Made by a program: the position numbers and the translations under genes
In this document: in pieces, positions 44,394 to 55,097 of the stretch
Numbering within the stretch: the first letter of the stretch is position 1
Layout of the letters: each line of letters begins with the position of its first letter
The notes under the pieces: generated by a model
What the model was told of the DNA's origin: nothing
Database searches by the model: none
The model's input: only the letters and a program-made list of their open reading frames with translations
NCBI GenBank assembly: GCA_031421935.1
Contig: JANOPQ010000171.1
Span: forward strand, 1 to 63,964
DNA from: Bacteroidota bacterium
GTDB taxonomy: Bacteria > Bacteroidota > Bacteroidia > AKYH767-A > OLB10
DNA length: 63,964 nt
Reading direction: 5' to 3'

Positions 44394-45629
44394 ATGATAG
44401 CATACGAAAAATTTACACTTGACAATGGATTAACGGTCATTGTTCACGAAGATCATTCAACCCCGCTGGTGGCATTAAATATATTGTATAAAGTGGGAGC
44501 ACGTGATGAACAAATAGACAAAACTGGATTTGCACATCTCTTTGAACATTTAATGTTTGGAGGATCGATCAACATCCCTTCTTACGATGAACCTTTGCAA
44601 ATTGCAGGCGGAGAAAATAATGCTTTTACCAACAATGATATCACCAATTACTATTTAACGATTCCATCTCAAAATATTGAAACGGGATTCTGGTTAGAGA
44701 GTGATCGCATGTTAAGTTTAGCTTTTTCAGAAAAAAGTTTAGAAGTTCAACGATCCGTAGTTATTGAAGAATTTAAACAACGATACTTGAATCAACCTTA
44801 TGGTGATGTATGGCTCTTGATGCGACCATTAGCATACAAAGTACATCCCTATCGCTGGGCAACCATCGGAAAAGAACTTGCACACATTGAAGACGCTACC
44901 TTAGAAGATGTAAAAGGGTTTTTCAAAAAATGGTATGCACCTAACAATGCGATATTAAGTGTATCGGGCGATTGCACATTGGAACAGATAAAGACACTAT
45001 GCAAAAAATGGTTTGAACCCATTCCAACGGCAGATGTTCCTGCACGATTGCTACCGATTGAACCGGTACAAACAGAAACCAGAATTCAAGAAATAGAAAA
45101 AGACGTTCCCAACTCACATATTTATATGGCATGGCATTGTTGTTCGCGCACCGATGAAGATTTTTTTGCGACCGATATGCTCTCTGATTTATTATCGCGA
45201 GGGAAATCATCACGACTCCATCAACAACTTGTAAAAGAGAAAAACATTTTTACGGAGATCAATGCTTACATGTCGGGCGATTTAGATAAAAGTTTATTTT
45301 TTATTGAAGGAAAATTAGTAGATTCCATCACCATGGAAGATGCGGAAAATTCCATCTGGAAAGAACTTGAAAAAATAAAAGTTGAAATTGACGAACGAGA
45401 ACTCACTAAAATAAAACATAAAGTAGAAGCGTATTTGGAGTTTTCAGAAATGGGGATCGCTAACAAAGCGCTCAACTTAGCCTATTATGAATTGCTCGGA
45501 GATGCTGCAGAATGCAACAAGCAAGCTCAGTACTATAATCAAGTTACTTCAGAGCAAATTATGCAGGTTGCAAAAAATATTCTCATAAAAGAAAATTGTT
45601 CCATCTTAAGATACCACGCAAAAAAATAA
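44394..45629 (+). CDS. M16-family zinc peptidase (active subunit)
   Basis: The HxxEH motif is HLFEHLMF. Confidence 0.85.
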   Translation: MIAYEKFTLDNGLTVIVHEDHSTPLVALNILYKVGARDEQIDKTGFAHLFEHLMFGGSINIPSYDEPLQIAGGENNAFTNNDITNYYLTIPSQNIETGFWLESDRMLSLAFSEKSLEVQRSVVIEEFKQRYLNQPYGDVWLLMRPLAYKVHPYRWATIGKELAHIEDATLEDVKGFFKKWYAPNNAILSVSGDCTLEQIKTLCKKWFEPIPTADVPARLLPIEPVQTETRIQEIEKDVPNSHIYMAWHCCSRTDEDFFATDMLSDLLSRGKSSRLHQQLVKEKNIFTEINAYMSGDLDKSLFFIEGKLVDSITMEDAENSIWKELEKIKVEIDERELTKIKHKVEAYLEFSEMGIANKALNLAYYELLGDAAECNKQAQYYNQVTSEQIMQVAKNILIKENCSILRYHAKK

Positions 45630-45630
45630 A

Positions 45631-46899
45631 ATGCTCGATCGAATCCATCCCCCAGAAATTTCAATTCCAACAATCATACATCTTCACAAACCACAAAACT
45701 ATTTTTTAAAAAATGGCACTCCCGTTTATAATATTTGTGAAGGCACACAGGAAGTTGTAAAAATAGAATTAATATTTGCAGCCGGAAATGTTGCTGCGAG
45801 TTCATCATTACTTGCCACTGCCACAAATGATTTAATGGATGAAGGGAGCACACTTCATTCCTCCTCTGAAATTGCAGAGGCTCTCGACTATTACGGAGCT
45901 TATTTGCATTCCGAAAATGGTGTAGACTGGTCGAGTATCAGCTTATTTTCGCTCAATAAATTTGTAAGTGATACCCTACCCTATTTTCAAGAAATCATTA
46001 CGCAACCTCTTTATCCATCTAAAGAAATTCAAACGTATAAACAACAAGGCAAGCAACGGCTTTCTGTTAACCTTACTAAAGTTGATTATTTAGCACGAAT
46101 TAATTTTAGTGAAACTTTGTTTGGAAAAAATCACCCTTATGGGAGAGTTACCAAACCTGAAGATTACGACTTACTCGATACCGATGTACTTCAAGATTAC
46201 CACGAGAAAAAATACAAGAATGGGTTGAAAGCAGTTATCGTTTCTGGATTAGCGAATGAAAAACTAATTCAAGAAATAATAAATACCATTGATAAAATGG
46301 GTTTAAAGAATGGTGATCTTCCTTCGATAGTGCCTGAAGCCTATGTTCCTATAAAAAAGTTTATTGAAAAAGAGGATGCGATACAATCTGCCATTCGCAT
46401 CGGTAGAAGATTATTTACTCGACACCATCCAGACTTCATTGCGTTTAGTGTTTTAAATACCATTTTAGGTGGGTATTTTGGATCGAGGTTAATGGCTAAT
46501 ATTCGTGAAGACAAAGGATATACTTACGGAATTGGTTCTGGGCTTGTGAGTAATAATTTTGATGGCTACTTTTTTATCACCACTGAAGTGGGAGCTGATG
46601 TTCGAGAGGCAGCGGTCAAAGAAATATACCATGAAATTAACAGATTAAGAACCGAAGTTATTAACAATGAGGAACTAACACTAGTAAAAAATTACCTCAC
46701 AGGTGCATTCCAACGGAGTATAGACGGGCCCTTTGCCTTGGCTGAAAAGCAAAAAATGTTACTACTTAATAATTTAGAAATCAATTATTTAAATGAGTAT
46801 TTAGGTAAAATCAAGGCAATCACTCCACAAAAACTCAGGGAGGTTGCTAACCAGTATTTAAACGACGTTGACCTCTGTGAAATAATAGTTGGCAAATAA
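45631..46899 (+). CDS. M16-family peptidase-like protein (no HxxEH motif, probably the non-catalytic partner)
   Basis: It starts 1 nt after the upstream stop. It has M16 C-terminal-type sequence and lacks the zinc motif. Confidence 0.75.
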   Translation: MLDRIHPPEISIPTIIHLHKPQNYFLKNGTPVYNICEGTQEVVKIELIFAAGNVAASSSLLATATNDLMDEGSTLHSSSEIAEALDYYGAYLHSENGVDWSSISLFSLNKFVSDTLPYFQEIITQPLYPSKEIQTYKQQGKQRLSVNLTKVDYLARINFSETLFGKNHPYGRVTKPEDYDLLDTDVLQDYHEKKYKNGLKAVIVSGLANEKLIQEIINTIDKMGLKNGDLPSIVPEAYVPIKKFIEKEDAIQSAIRIGRRLFTRHHPDFIAFSVLNTILGGYFGSRLMANIREDKGYTYGIGSGLVSNNFDGYFFITTEVGADVREAAVKEIYHEINRLRTEVINNEELTLVKNYLTGAFQRSIDGPFALAEKQKMLLLNNLEINYLNEYLGKIKAITPQKLREVANQYLNDVDLCEIIVGK

Positions 46900-46961
46900 G
46901 GTTTTGTGTGTTTGGATATTTTTCTTAAATTTGATGCTCACGCGTTATCCAAAAATCCAAA

Positions 46962-49900
46962 ATGAAAAAAATTCTTATCCTTCTTTTGCTCGTCCTATTG
47001 GGATGGAGTCATAAGACACAAGCTTCCCATCTCATGGGAGGAGAAATTACTTGGGACTGCATAAAATCGGGTCCCAATATAGGTCAATTTGTATTTACTG
47101 TTAAACTTTACAGAGACTGCACAGGTATTCCTGGCCCTGGATCCATAACGTTAAATACGAATGCTCCTGGTGGTAGTATTTTATGTAATCCAGTTACCCA
47201 AACAGATATTTCACCAAAGGGACCTGGATGTTACACTTGTGCAACTGCACCTCTTGGGACTTTAAATGCTGTTGAAGAATACATTTACCGTTCAACTCCT
47301 CGATTTATTACGGGAGTACCTCCAGTAGGTGGCTGGTATTTTTATTACAATGATTGTTGCCGAAATGCAGGTATTACTAATTTGACGAGCGCCGCCGATT
47401 TCACTCTTCGTGCCTTTATGTATCCATACAATGCTACAAACACGAATCCATGTTTTGATTCCTCTCCTCAATTTGCGGAAAAACCTCAATTAGCCACGTG
47501 TACTCGTAATCAGACCTCATATAATAGCAATGCGATTGATGGTGAACTTGACTCATTAGTTTACAGCTGGGGAAATCCTTTAGAAAATGGATTTCCGGGT
47601 ACGAATATCCCATTTGCGGCTACCTATTCTTTTAATAGCCCAATGCCCGGTCCAGCATTAAATCCGTTAAACGTTGCGGCGGTTATGAATTTTAATACAG
47701 GGGTTGTAACTTTTACATCATACACATCAGGTGCCTTTGTTACAGTAACCAAAGTAACGGCTTACAAATGTGGAATTAAAATAGCTGAAGTCTTCAGAGA
47801 AATTCAAATCGCCCTAATTCCAAATTGCCAAATATCTGGTGGTCCAGTTCCTGTTTTTAATACGCCTCCAGTAGTTCAAACTTTGTTAGGAAGTCCCTTG
47901 AATACACTTATCGATACTGTATATGCGGGTGATACGGTTGAAATTGATGTCATTGCATTTGATTTTGAAACCCTTCCATCAGGAGTAGGTCAAAAAGTTC
48001 AACTTTCAGCTACCGGTAATCAATTTGGAACTAACTTTACAAACGGTTCGGCAGGATGCCTTTTCCCTCCTTGTGCCGTTTTAACCCCACCCCATATTGA
48101 TACAGTCCCGCCAATAAATCCAATATTTTTTGCAGGGGCATTACAAACTAAGTTTTTTTGGATTACTGATTGTAATCACTTACCACGAAGTTCAGGTTGT
48201 ACAAATTTAAGTAGTACTTATAACTTTGTACTGAAAGTATTTGATGATTTTTGTCCTTCACCTGCAGTAAACTTTAGTACATTAACCATTATTGTTTTGG
48301 CTCCGCCAGCGGTAAAAGGTGCTCGAATGAAATGCGCAGATGTTCTTCCAAATGGAAATGTGAATTTAACTTTTCAACCTCCTATTGATACCGGTGAGGC
48401 AGATACCAATCAATTCTTTAAAGCCTTTTATGTATATCGCTCCACTACAGGAACTACAGGTCCTTATACTCTGTTAGATAGTTTAAAAGGATTTACTATT
48501 AATAATTACGATACGGTTCTTACTTATAATGATGTTACCGCAAATGCGAATTCAGGTTCAGTTTCGTATTATTTAACCACACGTTCGGGTTGTGATTTGG
48601 AACAAAGGTTATTAAGTGATACCATTAATACTATCTATTTACAAGTTACTCAAGCTGGTTTTGATGCTTCTTTAACATGGACATCCTTTAGCACACCATT
48701 ACCCACAAGCTCCACTCAAAAATATTATATTTATAAAGAGCAACCTCCTGCAGGTAGTGCCAATTGGATCCTTATTGACTCTACAGTAACCCTAACTTAC
48801 TTAGATCCTATTACTGTTTGTGATGACTCAATCAATTATAGAATTCAAGTTGTAGATACATCAACGGCAAATTGTGTTTCTCGTTCCAATATTGATGGTG
48901 CACAATTACAAAGTGCTTCTCCAACCATAACTGCACCTAGTTTACGTTCTACTGCAGTATTAGCGAATGGTGATGTCGCATTATGTTGGGTAGGATCAGT
49001 TGATACTTCTGGATATTTTTCACAGTACAATATTTATCATTCCGTAAATCAGGCAGGGCCTTATGTAAACGTAGGTAGTGTTTCGATCTATGCAACCAAT
49101 GCGTTTACTCATGTTGGTGCCAATGCGAATAATCAAATTAATTATTATTATTTAACACTTACTGCCGGTTGTGATGCCACGAGTTTAGATGAAACGGATG
49201 TTCTTACCAGTGATACTTTAGCGTCAATGCTTTTGTTGTTAGATAACAGTACAGCGGGTTTTGCTGGCTTGAATTGGAATGCGATTCGTAAACCTTTACC
49301 TGCCACTAGCACTGGATCCTATATCATTAATAGAAGAATTGCTCCTGGAGCATGGGCTGTAATAGGTAATACTATTGATACTTTCTATACGGATGTAGTT
49401 ATCCTATGTGACACAGCGATTCAATATCGTGTAGATATTGGAGATGCCTCTGCTTGTTTATCGAAATCATCTGAAGAAGTAGATCAATTTACTTCGCCTG
49501 GAGATATCATTGTAAATCCCGATATACGCTGTTTAGCCGTTCAACCAAATGGAGATGTTCAGATTTCGTGGATTGCGCCTGCTGACCCCAACAATTTCTT
49601 TGCTGGAGTTCAAATTTATCATTCTGCTGCTGCTGGAGGTCCCTTTGCACTTATTGGAACCGTTACGAATTACGCAACAACAACTTGGTCACATGTAGGT
49701 GCGAACGCAAACACCGCTATTCAGTATTATCATTTAGTTTCCTTGTCAGGTTGTGACGGTTTACAAACTAATGGAGGAACTAGCAGTACTTTAGCTACCA
49801 TGTTACTCTCAGTAAATAATGCTACTGTGGGATCTGCAATACTTACTTGGAATGCGATGATTTCTCCATCGTTGGTTAGTGCTCCTGGACCATACAGAGT

Positions 49901-52900
49901 CATGAGGAGAAGCACTGGTATTGGCGCTTATGTTCAAGTTGGCACTACAGCTGCTCTTACTTATACAGATGCGATTACAACATGTAATGTTCCTTATGAA
50001 TACAGAATTGAATTAGATGATAATGCACCTTGCACATCGATTAGTTCTGCAGACAATGACATCTTTACTTACATTGGTAATATCATTCCCAACCCCGAAT
50101 TAAGATGTGTGAGTGTTTTACCCAATGGAAATATTCAACTTACATGGGCAAATCCTACTCCCGCAACATTTACAAATTTTAATGAATATGAAATTTGGAG
50201 AAATGGTGGAGCTGGATTTACTTTGATTGATTCAGTCGCAAATAGTGCGCTGAATAATTATACCGATATAACAGCAAATGGAAATGCTCAGTCCTATTCG
50301 TACTATTTAGTAACTCAAAGTGGATGTACTGGTCAAGTTACTACGGGTACAAACGGAAATACGATGAGTTCGATTTTCTTAACAACGGCTGGAATAGTAG
50401 GTCAGGCTAATTTAAATTGGACCGCATTATGTTCACCGTTATTACCTTCTGCAGTTGGTGGACAATACAATGTATTCTCCACTTACAATACATTAGGTAC
50501 GCTACAAGGAATTGGAAATACTCCTACATTATTATTTAATCATGCTATTAATGATTGTGATACTAACATCAGTCATCAAATCTCGGTAGATGATAATATA
50601 GGATGTATTTCAAGATCAAATATTGCTACCAATTCTTATACTTACATTGGTAACATCGTTAACAATCCTGATTTACGCTGTGTGAATGTATTGGCGAATG
50701 GACAAATTCAATTAAGTTGGATTACACCTACAGGTTCTAATGATGAATTCAACGAATTCGAAATATTCAGAAACAACGGAGCTGGTTTTGTACTTTATGA
50801 TTCAGTAAGCAATTTTGCTCAAACATCATGGACCGATGCTCTAGCAAATGGTAATGCTCAATCGTACAGCTACTATATTCGTTCTCAAAGCGGATGTACT
50901 GGACAAGTTGACAACGGTACTACGAGCGCTACGGTGAGTTCTATTTTCCTTACTTCAACTCCAGTAATGGGTAGTGCTAACTTAAGTTGGTCTGCTTTGT
51001 CAACACCTTTGCTTGGTTCAGTTACTACAGGACAATACGATGTTTGGTCAAGTTACAATGCAACTAGTACATTGAGTGTATTTGGTGATACTGCCTTATT
51101 AGTTTACTTCCAAACCATCAATGATTGCGATACACTACTAAATCACAAAGTAAGTACGACAGACAATAGTGGTTGTGTGAGTAATTCAAATATTACGACT
51201 AACAATTATACCTACATTGGAAACATCGTTAATAATCCTGATTTACGTTGTGTGAATGTATTAGCGAATGGCCAAATTCAATTAAGTTGGATTACACCTA
51301 CTGGTTCTAATGATGAATTCAACGAATTCGAAATATTCAGAAACAACGGAGCTGGTTTTGTACTTTATGATTCGTTAAGCAATTTCGCTCAAACATCATG
51401 GACGGATGCATTAGCAAATGGGAATGCCCAATCGTATAGTTACTATATACGTTCACAAAGTGGATGTACTGGCCAAGTAGATAATGGAACAACAAGTGTT
51501 ACTCTAAGTTCCATCTACTTAACAACAGTGCCAACATTAGGAAATGCTGCAATGAATTGGACTGGACTTCCGCTTTTAGCAAGTTCTGGACAATATGAAG
51601 TATGGTCGAGTTATAATGCAGCAGGTACTCTCACCACTTCTCTTGGAACAACGAGCGCTTTAACATTCAATGAAGCGATCAACAATTGCGATACTACTTT
51701 AAGACATCGTATTTCTGTAACGGACAATAGTGGATGTATAAGCAATTCTAATGTTGATACCAATCTATTTACATACATTGGAAACATTGTTGACAATCCT
51801 GATTTACGTTGTGTAAACGTTTTACCGAGTGGACAAATTGAATTAACATGGATTACTCCAGCAGGCTCTAATGTCAATTTCAATGAGTACGAAATTTACA
51901 GAGACAATGGTGCTGGTTTTGTGTTGTATGATTCCGTTGGGACTTTTGCACAAACTACTTGGACTGATGTTTTAGCTAATGGTAATACACAATCCTTCGG
52001 ATATTATATAAGAACACAAAGTGGATGTACAGGTCAAGTTGACAATGGTACAACATCAGCATCGCTTCGATCCATCTATTTAACAACGAGTCCAACTTTG
52101 GGACAAGCAAGTTTGAATTGGTCGGCGTTGAGTTCCCCATTACCAGGTTCAGTAACGAGTGGTCAGTACGATGTATGGTCTTCTTACAATGCAGGCGGAG
52201 TATTAACAATATTCGGAGATACAAATCAACTCGTATACTTTCAAACCATCAATGATTGTGACACTACATTAAATCATCAGATTTCTGCTACAGATAATAG
52301 TGGTTGTGTGAGTCGTTCAAATATTGCGAATAACGTATTCACTTACATTGGAAATGTAATAAATCATCCTGAGCTAAGATGTGCAAGTGTAAATGCAAAT
52401 GGTCAAGTTCAATTGACTTGGGTCAACCCTACTCCTTCTACTTGGACCGACTTTAACCAATACAATATCTGGAGAAATACGGGTTCAGGTTTTGTATTGA
52501 TTGACTCTGTTGAAAATAATGCAATCAGTACTTATTTAGATGGAACTGCCAATGGTAATGCTGGTTCAGTGAGTTATTATTTACAAACTAAATCAGGATG
52601 TACTGGTCAAACAGATCCATCAGCTATTGGTGGACTTGCAAATGGAAATAAATTGCAAACGATTTACATCGTAGTGAGTGGTGGAAATACTACAACCGCT
52701 ACATTGAATTGGAATGCCGTTAGCAATCCACTCCTTCCTACTTCAGTTGGAAGTTATGTAGTCGAAAAAGAAAATCCAGGTGGATCGGGTAATTGGTCAA
52801 TTGTAGCTAATGTAGCTGCGACTACTTGGCAAGATAATTTAGTGCTATGTATTGATTCTATCAATTACAGAGTGAGCATAGGCGATGCACAAGGATGTAA

Positions 52901-54941
52901 TTCATTATCCAATGTAGATGGTGAAATATTTGTTGACCATACCATCCCTGTTGCACCTGCACCACGTTGTGCAAATGTACTTCCGAATGGAAATGTAATT
53001 CTTAACTGGATTGCACCTGTTGATACAGGACAACGCTTTGCAAATTATACGATCTATAAGTCAACGGCTATTGGTGGACCTTATACTACTGTGACGACCG
53101 TTACAAATTACAATACACTCACCTACTCTGATCTTACAGCAAATGCTCAGGCGGGATCTATCTACTATTACATGACTACTAAAACAGCATGTGGTGGTGA
53201 AGAATCTCCAGGTTCAGATACTTTGCGTACTATCAAAGTGGATGTATTTAATAATAATGGTGTTGCTGTGGTTGTTTGGAATCCGATTCATAATCCAGAA
53301 TTAGCAACTGCTTCTTTGAACTATGATGTTTACAAAGAATACCCAACAGGTGTTTGGAATATCATTGGATCAACGACAGCGCCAACATATACATGGAATG
53401 ACACCATTAATGTTTGTGAAGCAGTAATTAATTACCGAGTGCAAACTGGAGATTTATCAGGTTGTATCAGTAACTCTTCTACCGATGGAGATTTATTTAG
53501 AGATATTACGCGACCTACCGTTTCTGCTTTAGATACTGCTAGTTTGGATCCATTTAATCCTTCTCAAGTAAGTGTAAGTTGGTTACCAAGTCCATCAGGA
53601 GATGTAGTTGGATATATCATCTATCATTTTAATGGAGCCTCTTGGGATTCGATTGGTAGTGTTATTGGAATTAATGCCAGTTATTTCTTAGACAATAATC
53701 CAGCTGCGGAATTCGCATCACAACGCTACAGTATTGCAGCGTACGATAGTTGTAGAAACATCAGTAACATTGGTACGTTACACAATACTTTGTTCGTTAC
53801 TGCAAAACTTGATGTCTGTCGTTCAGCAATTGACTTACGTTGGAATCCATACATCAATATGGTTAATGGTGTTGGACAATATAATATTTATGTAAGTGAA
53901 AATGGAGGTCCTTTTACCTTCTTAGCTTCTGTACCAGGAACGAATATTACTTACAGTCATGTTACCTTGACCAATAACTCCGAATATTGCTATTATATAC
54001 AAGCGCAAGGAAACACATCTTCTCGAACAGCATCCTCTAATCAGGCATGTGAAATTGCGAATTTATTGACGTTACCTACATTCTCGTATTTGAAAAAAGC
54101 AACCGTTATTGATTTGAGAAGAGTAATTGTTGAATGCTTAGTGGATACTGCTGGAAATCCAGATGTATCTAAATACAAATTACAACGAGCGTTTGATAAA
54201 AACGGGCCGTTTACAACGGTGGGTGCAATTACATATACTGGAATTCCAATTATTACGTTCAATGACTTCTCGGCAAGAACCGATCAATACAGTTATTACT
54301 ATCGTGTGATTACTGTAGATTCTTGTTCAAATGATGTTCTTACAAGTAATTTGGGTCGCACAATATTATTAACGGGTCAACCTGATTTCAATTTAGTAAA
54401 TGAGTTGAAATGGAACTTCTACGAAGAGTGGTTGGGCAATGTAAGTAAATACTCCTTGTTCAGAAGTGTTGATGGATTATGGAGTCCAACACCCATTGCA
54501 ACCATGAATAATGGAATTTTGGACTACAATGATGACGTAGCTGCCTTATATTTGTATCCGAATTACTCCGGTAAATTCTGTTATCGTATTGAGGCTTATG
54601 AAGGAAGTGGTAATACGTATGGATTTACAGACACAAGTGTTTCAAACATCTTCTGTCTAATTCAAGAACCACATCTGTTCATTCCAAGTGCATTTACCCC
54701 TAGTGGAAAAAATCCGGTATTTAAGCCAGAATTCATCTACATTGAAGCAAAGAACTATTTCTTTGTAGTATTCAATCGATGGGGACAAAGAATATATGAA
54801 ACACGTATACCTGGCGAAGGTTGGGATGGTACGTATGATGGCATAATCGCTCCTGAGGGTACCTATGTGTATTCCGTTCGAATTTTTGGAACCAATGGTC
54901 AGGAGATTGAGAAGAGCGGATCCGTAACTTTGTTACGGTAA
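46962..54941 (+). CDS. giant T9SS cargo / adhesin with gliding-motility-associated (type B, CHU_C) C-terminal domain
   Basis: 2659 aa. It has a signal peptide and an N-terminal HLMGGEITW...LYRDC domain. About 10 tandem ~190-aa units follow. The C-terminus is FIPSAFTPSGKNPVFKP...FVVFNRWGQRIYE...GWDGTYDG...PEGTYVY. Confidence 0.85.
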   Translation: MKKILILLLLVLLGWSHKTQASHLMGGEITWDCIKSGPNIGQFVFTVKLYRDCTGIPGPGSITLNTNAPGGSILCNPVTQTDISPKGPGCYTCATAPLGTLNAVEEYIYRSTPRFITGVPPVGGWYFYYNDCCRNAGITNLTSAADFTLRAFMYPYNATNTNPCFDSSPQFAEKPQLATCTRNQTSYNSNAIDGELDSLVYSWGNPLENGFPGTNIPFAATYSFNSPMPGPALNPLNVAAVMNFNTGVVTFTSYTSGAFVTVTKVTAYKCGIKIAEVFREIQIALIPNCQISGGPVPVFNTPPVVQTLLGSPLNTLIDTVYAGDTVEIDVIAFDFETLPSGVGQKVQLSATGNQFGTNFTNGSAGCLFPPCAVLTPPHIDTVPPINPIFFAGALQTKFFWITDCNHLPRSSGCTNLSSTYNFVLKVFDDFCPSPAVNFSTLTIIVLAPPAVKGARMKCADVLPNGNVNLTFQPPIDTGEADTNQFFKAFYVYRSTTGTTGPYTLLDSLKGFTINNYDTVLTYNDVTANANSGSVSYYLTTRSGCDLEQRLLSDTINTIYLQVTQAGFDASLTWTSFSTPLPTSSTQKYYIYKEQPPAGSANWILIDSTVTLTYLDPITVCDDSINYRIQVVDTSTANCVSRSNIDGAQLQSASPTITAPSLRSTAVLANGDVALCWVGSVDTSGYFSQYNIYHSVNQAGPYVNVGSVSIYATNAFTHVGANANNQINYYYLTLTAGCDATSLDETDVLTSDTLASMLLLLDNSTAGFAGLNWNAIRKPLPATSTGSYIINRRIAPGAWAVIGNTIDTFYTDVVILCDTAIQYRVDIGDASACLSKSSEEVDQFTSPGDIIVNPDIRCLAVQPNGDVQISWIAPADPNNFFAGVQIYHSAAAGGPFALIGTVTNYATTTWSHVGANANTAIQYYHLVSLSGCDGLQTNGGTSSTLATMLLSVNNATVGSAILTWNAMISPSLVSAPGPYRVMRRSTGIGAYVQVGTTAALTYTDAITTCNVPYEYRIELDDNAPCTSISSADNDIFTYIGNIIPNPELRCVSVLPNGNIQLTWANPTPATFTNFNEYEIWRNGGAGFTLIDSVANSALNNYTDITANGNAQSYSYYLVTQSGCTGQVTTGTNGNTMSSIFLTTAGIVGQANLNWTALCSPLLPSAVGGQYNVFSTYNTLGTLQGIGNTPTLLFNHAINDCDTNISHQISVDDNIGCISRSNIATNSYTYIGNIVNNPDLRCVNVLANGQIQLSWITPTGSNDEFNEFEIFRNNGAGFVLYDSVSNFAQTSWTDALANGNAQSYSYYIRSQSGCTGQVDNGTTSATVSSIFLTSTPVMGSANLSWSALSTPLLGSVTTGQYDVWSSYNATSTLSVFGDTALLVYFQTINDCDTLLNHKVSTTDNSGCVSNSNITTNNYTYIGNIVNNPDLRCVNVLANGQIQLSWITPTGSNDEFNEFEIFRNNGAGFVLYDSLSNFAQTSWTDALANGNAQSYSYYIRSQSGCTGQVDNGTTSVTLSSIYLTTVPTLGNAAMNWTGLPLLASSGQYEVWSSYNAAGTLTTSLGTTSALTFNEAINNCDTTLRHRISVTDNSGCISNSNVDTNLFTYIGNIVDNPDLRCVNVLPSGQIELTWITPAGSNVNFNEYEIYRDNGAGFVLYDSVGTFAQTTWTDVLANGNTQSFGYYIRTQSGCTGQVDNGTTSASLRSIYLTTSPTLGQASLNWSALSSPLPGSVTSGQYDVWSSYNAGGVLTIFGDTNQLVYFQTINDCDTTLNHQISATDNSGCVSRSNIANNVFTYIGNVINHPELRCASVNANGQVQLTWVNPTPSTWTDFNQYNIWRNTGSGFVLIDSVENNAISTYLDGTANGNAGSVSYYLQTKSGCTGQTDPSAIGGLANGNKLQTIYIVVSGGNTTTATLNWNAVSNPLLPTSVGSYVVEKENPGGSGNWSIVANVAATTWQDNLVLCIDSINYRVSIGDAQGCNSLSNVDGEIFVDHTIPVAPAPRCANVLPNGNVILNWIAPVDTGQRFANYTIYKSTAIGGPYTTVTTVTNYNTLTYSDLTANAQAGSIYYYMTTKTACGGEESPGSDTLRTIKVDVFNNNGVAVVVWNPIHNPELATASLNYDVYKEYPTGVWNIIGSTTAPTYTWNDTINVCEAVINYRVQTGDLSGCISNSSTDGDLFRDITRPTVSALDTASLDPFNPSQVSVSWLPSPSGDVVGYIIYHFNGASWDSIGSVIGINASYFLDNNPAAEFASQRYSIAAYDSCRNISNIGTLHNTLFVTAKLDVCRSAIDLRWNPYINMVNGVGQYNIYVSENGGPFTFLASVPGTNITYSHVTLTNNSEYCYYIQAQGNTSSRTASSNQACEIANLLTLPTFSYLKKATVIDLRRVIVECLVDTAGNPDVSKYKLQRAFDKNGPFTTVGAITYTGIPIITFNDFSARTDQYSYYYRVITVDSCSNDVLTSNLGRTILLTGQPDFNLVNELKWNFYEEWLGNVSKYSLFRSVDGLWSPTPIATMNNGILDYNDDVAALYLYPNYSGKFCYRIEAYEGSGNTYGFTDTSVSNIFCLIQEPHLFIPSAFTPSGKNPVFKPEFIYIEAKNYFFVVFNRWGQRIYETRIPGEGWDGTYDGIIAPEGTYVYSVRIFGTNGQEIEKSGSVTLLR
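48300..53530 (+). repeat. tandem coding repeats, period ~560-615 nt (about 9-10 units)
   Basis: The unit anchor motif (P.LRC..V..NG.V.L.W) recurs at nt 48330, 48945, 49526, 50103, 50676, 51246, 51807, 52378 and 52965. Confidence 0.85.
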
Positions 54942-54960
54942 ATTCCGGTCAACGCGTGGT

Positions 54961-54995
54961 GAGGCCGCTCAGGGATGGGCGGCCTCCATTTTTTT
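54961..54995 (+). terminator. intrinsic terminator
   Basis: GAGGCCGC pairs perfectly with GCGGCCTC (8 bp) across a 10-nt loop, then CATTTTTTT. Confidence 0.8.
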
Positions 54996-55097
54996 ATACT
55001 TTTCTGTAATCTTTGATTTTTTGAAGAACTCATCTTCCCACAACCAATTTATCGGTAAAAAAAGTTACTTTTGCATGCCAATATCCAAGATCATCCT

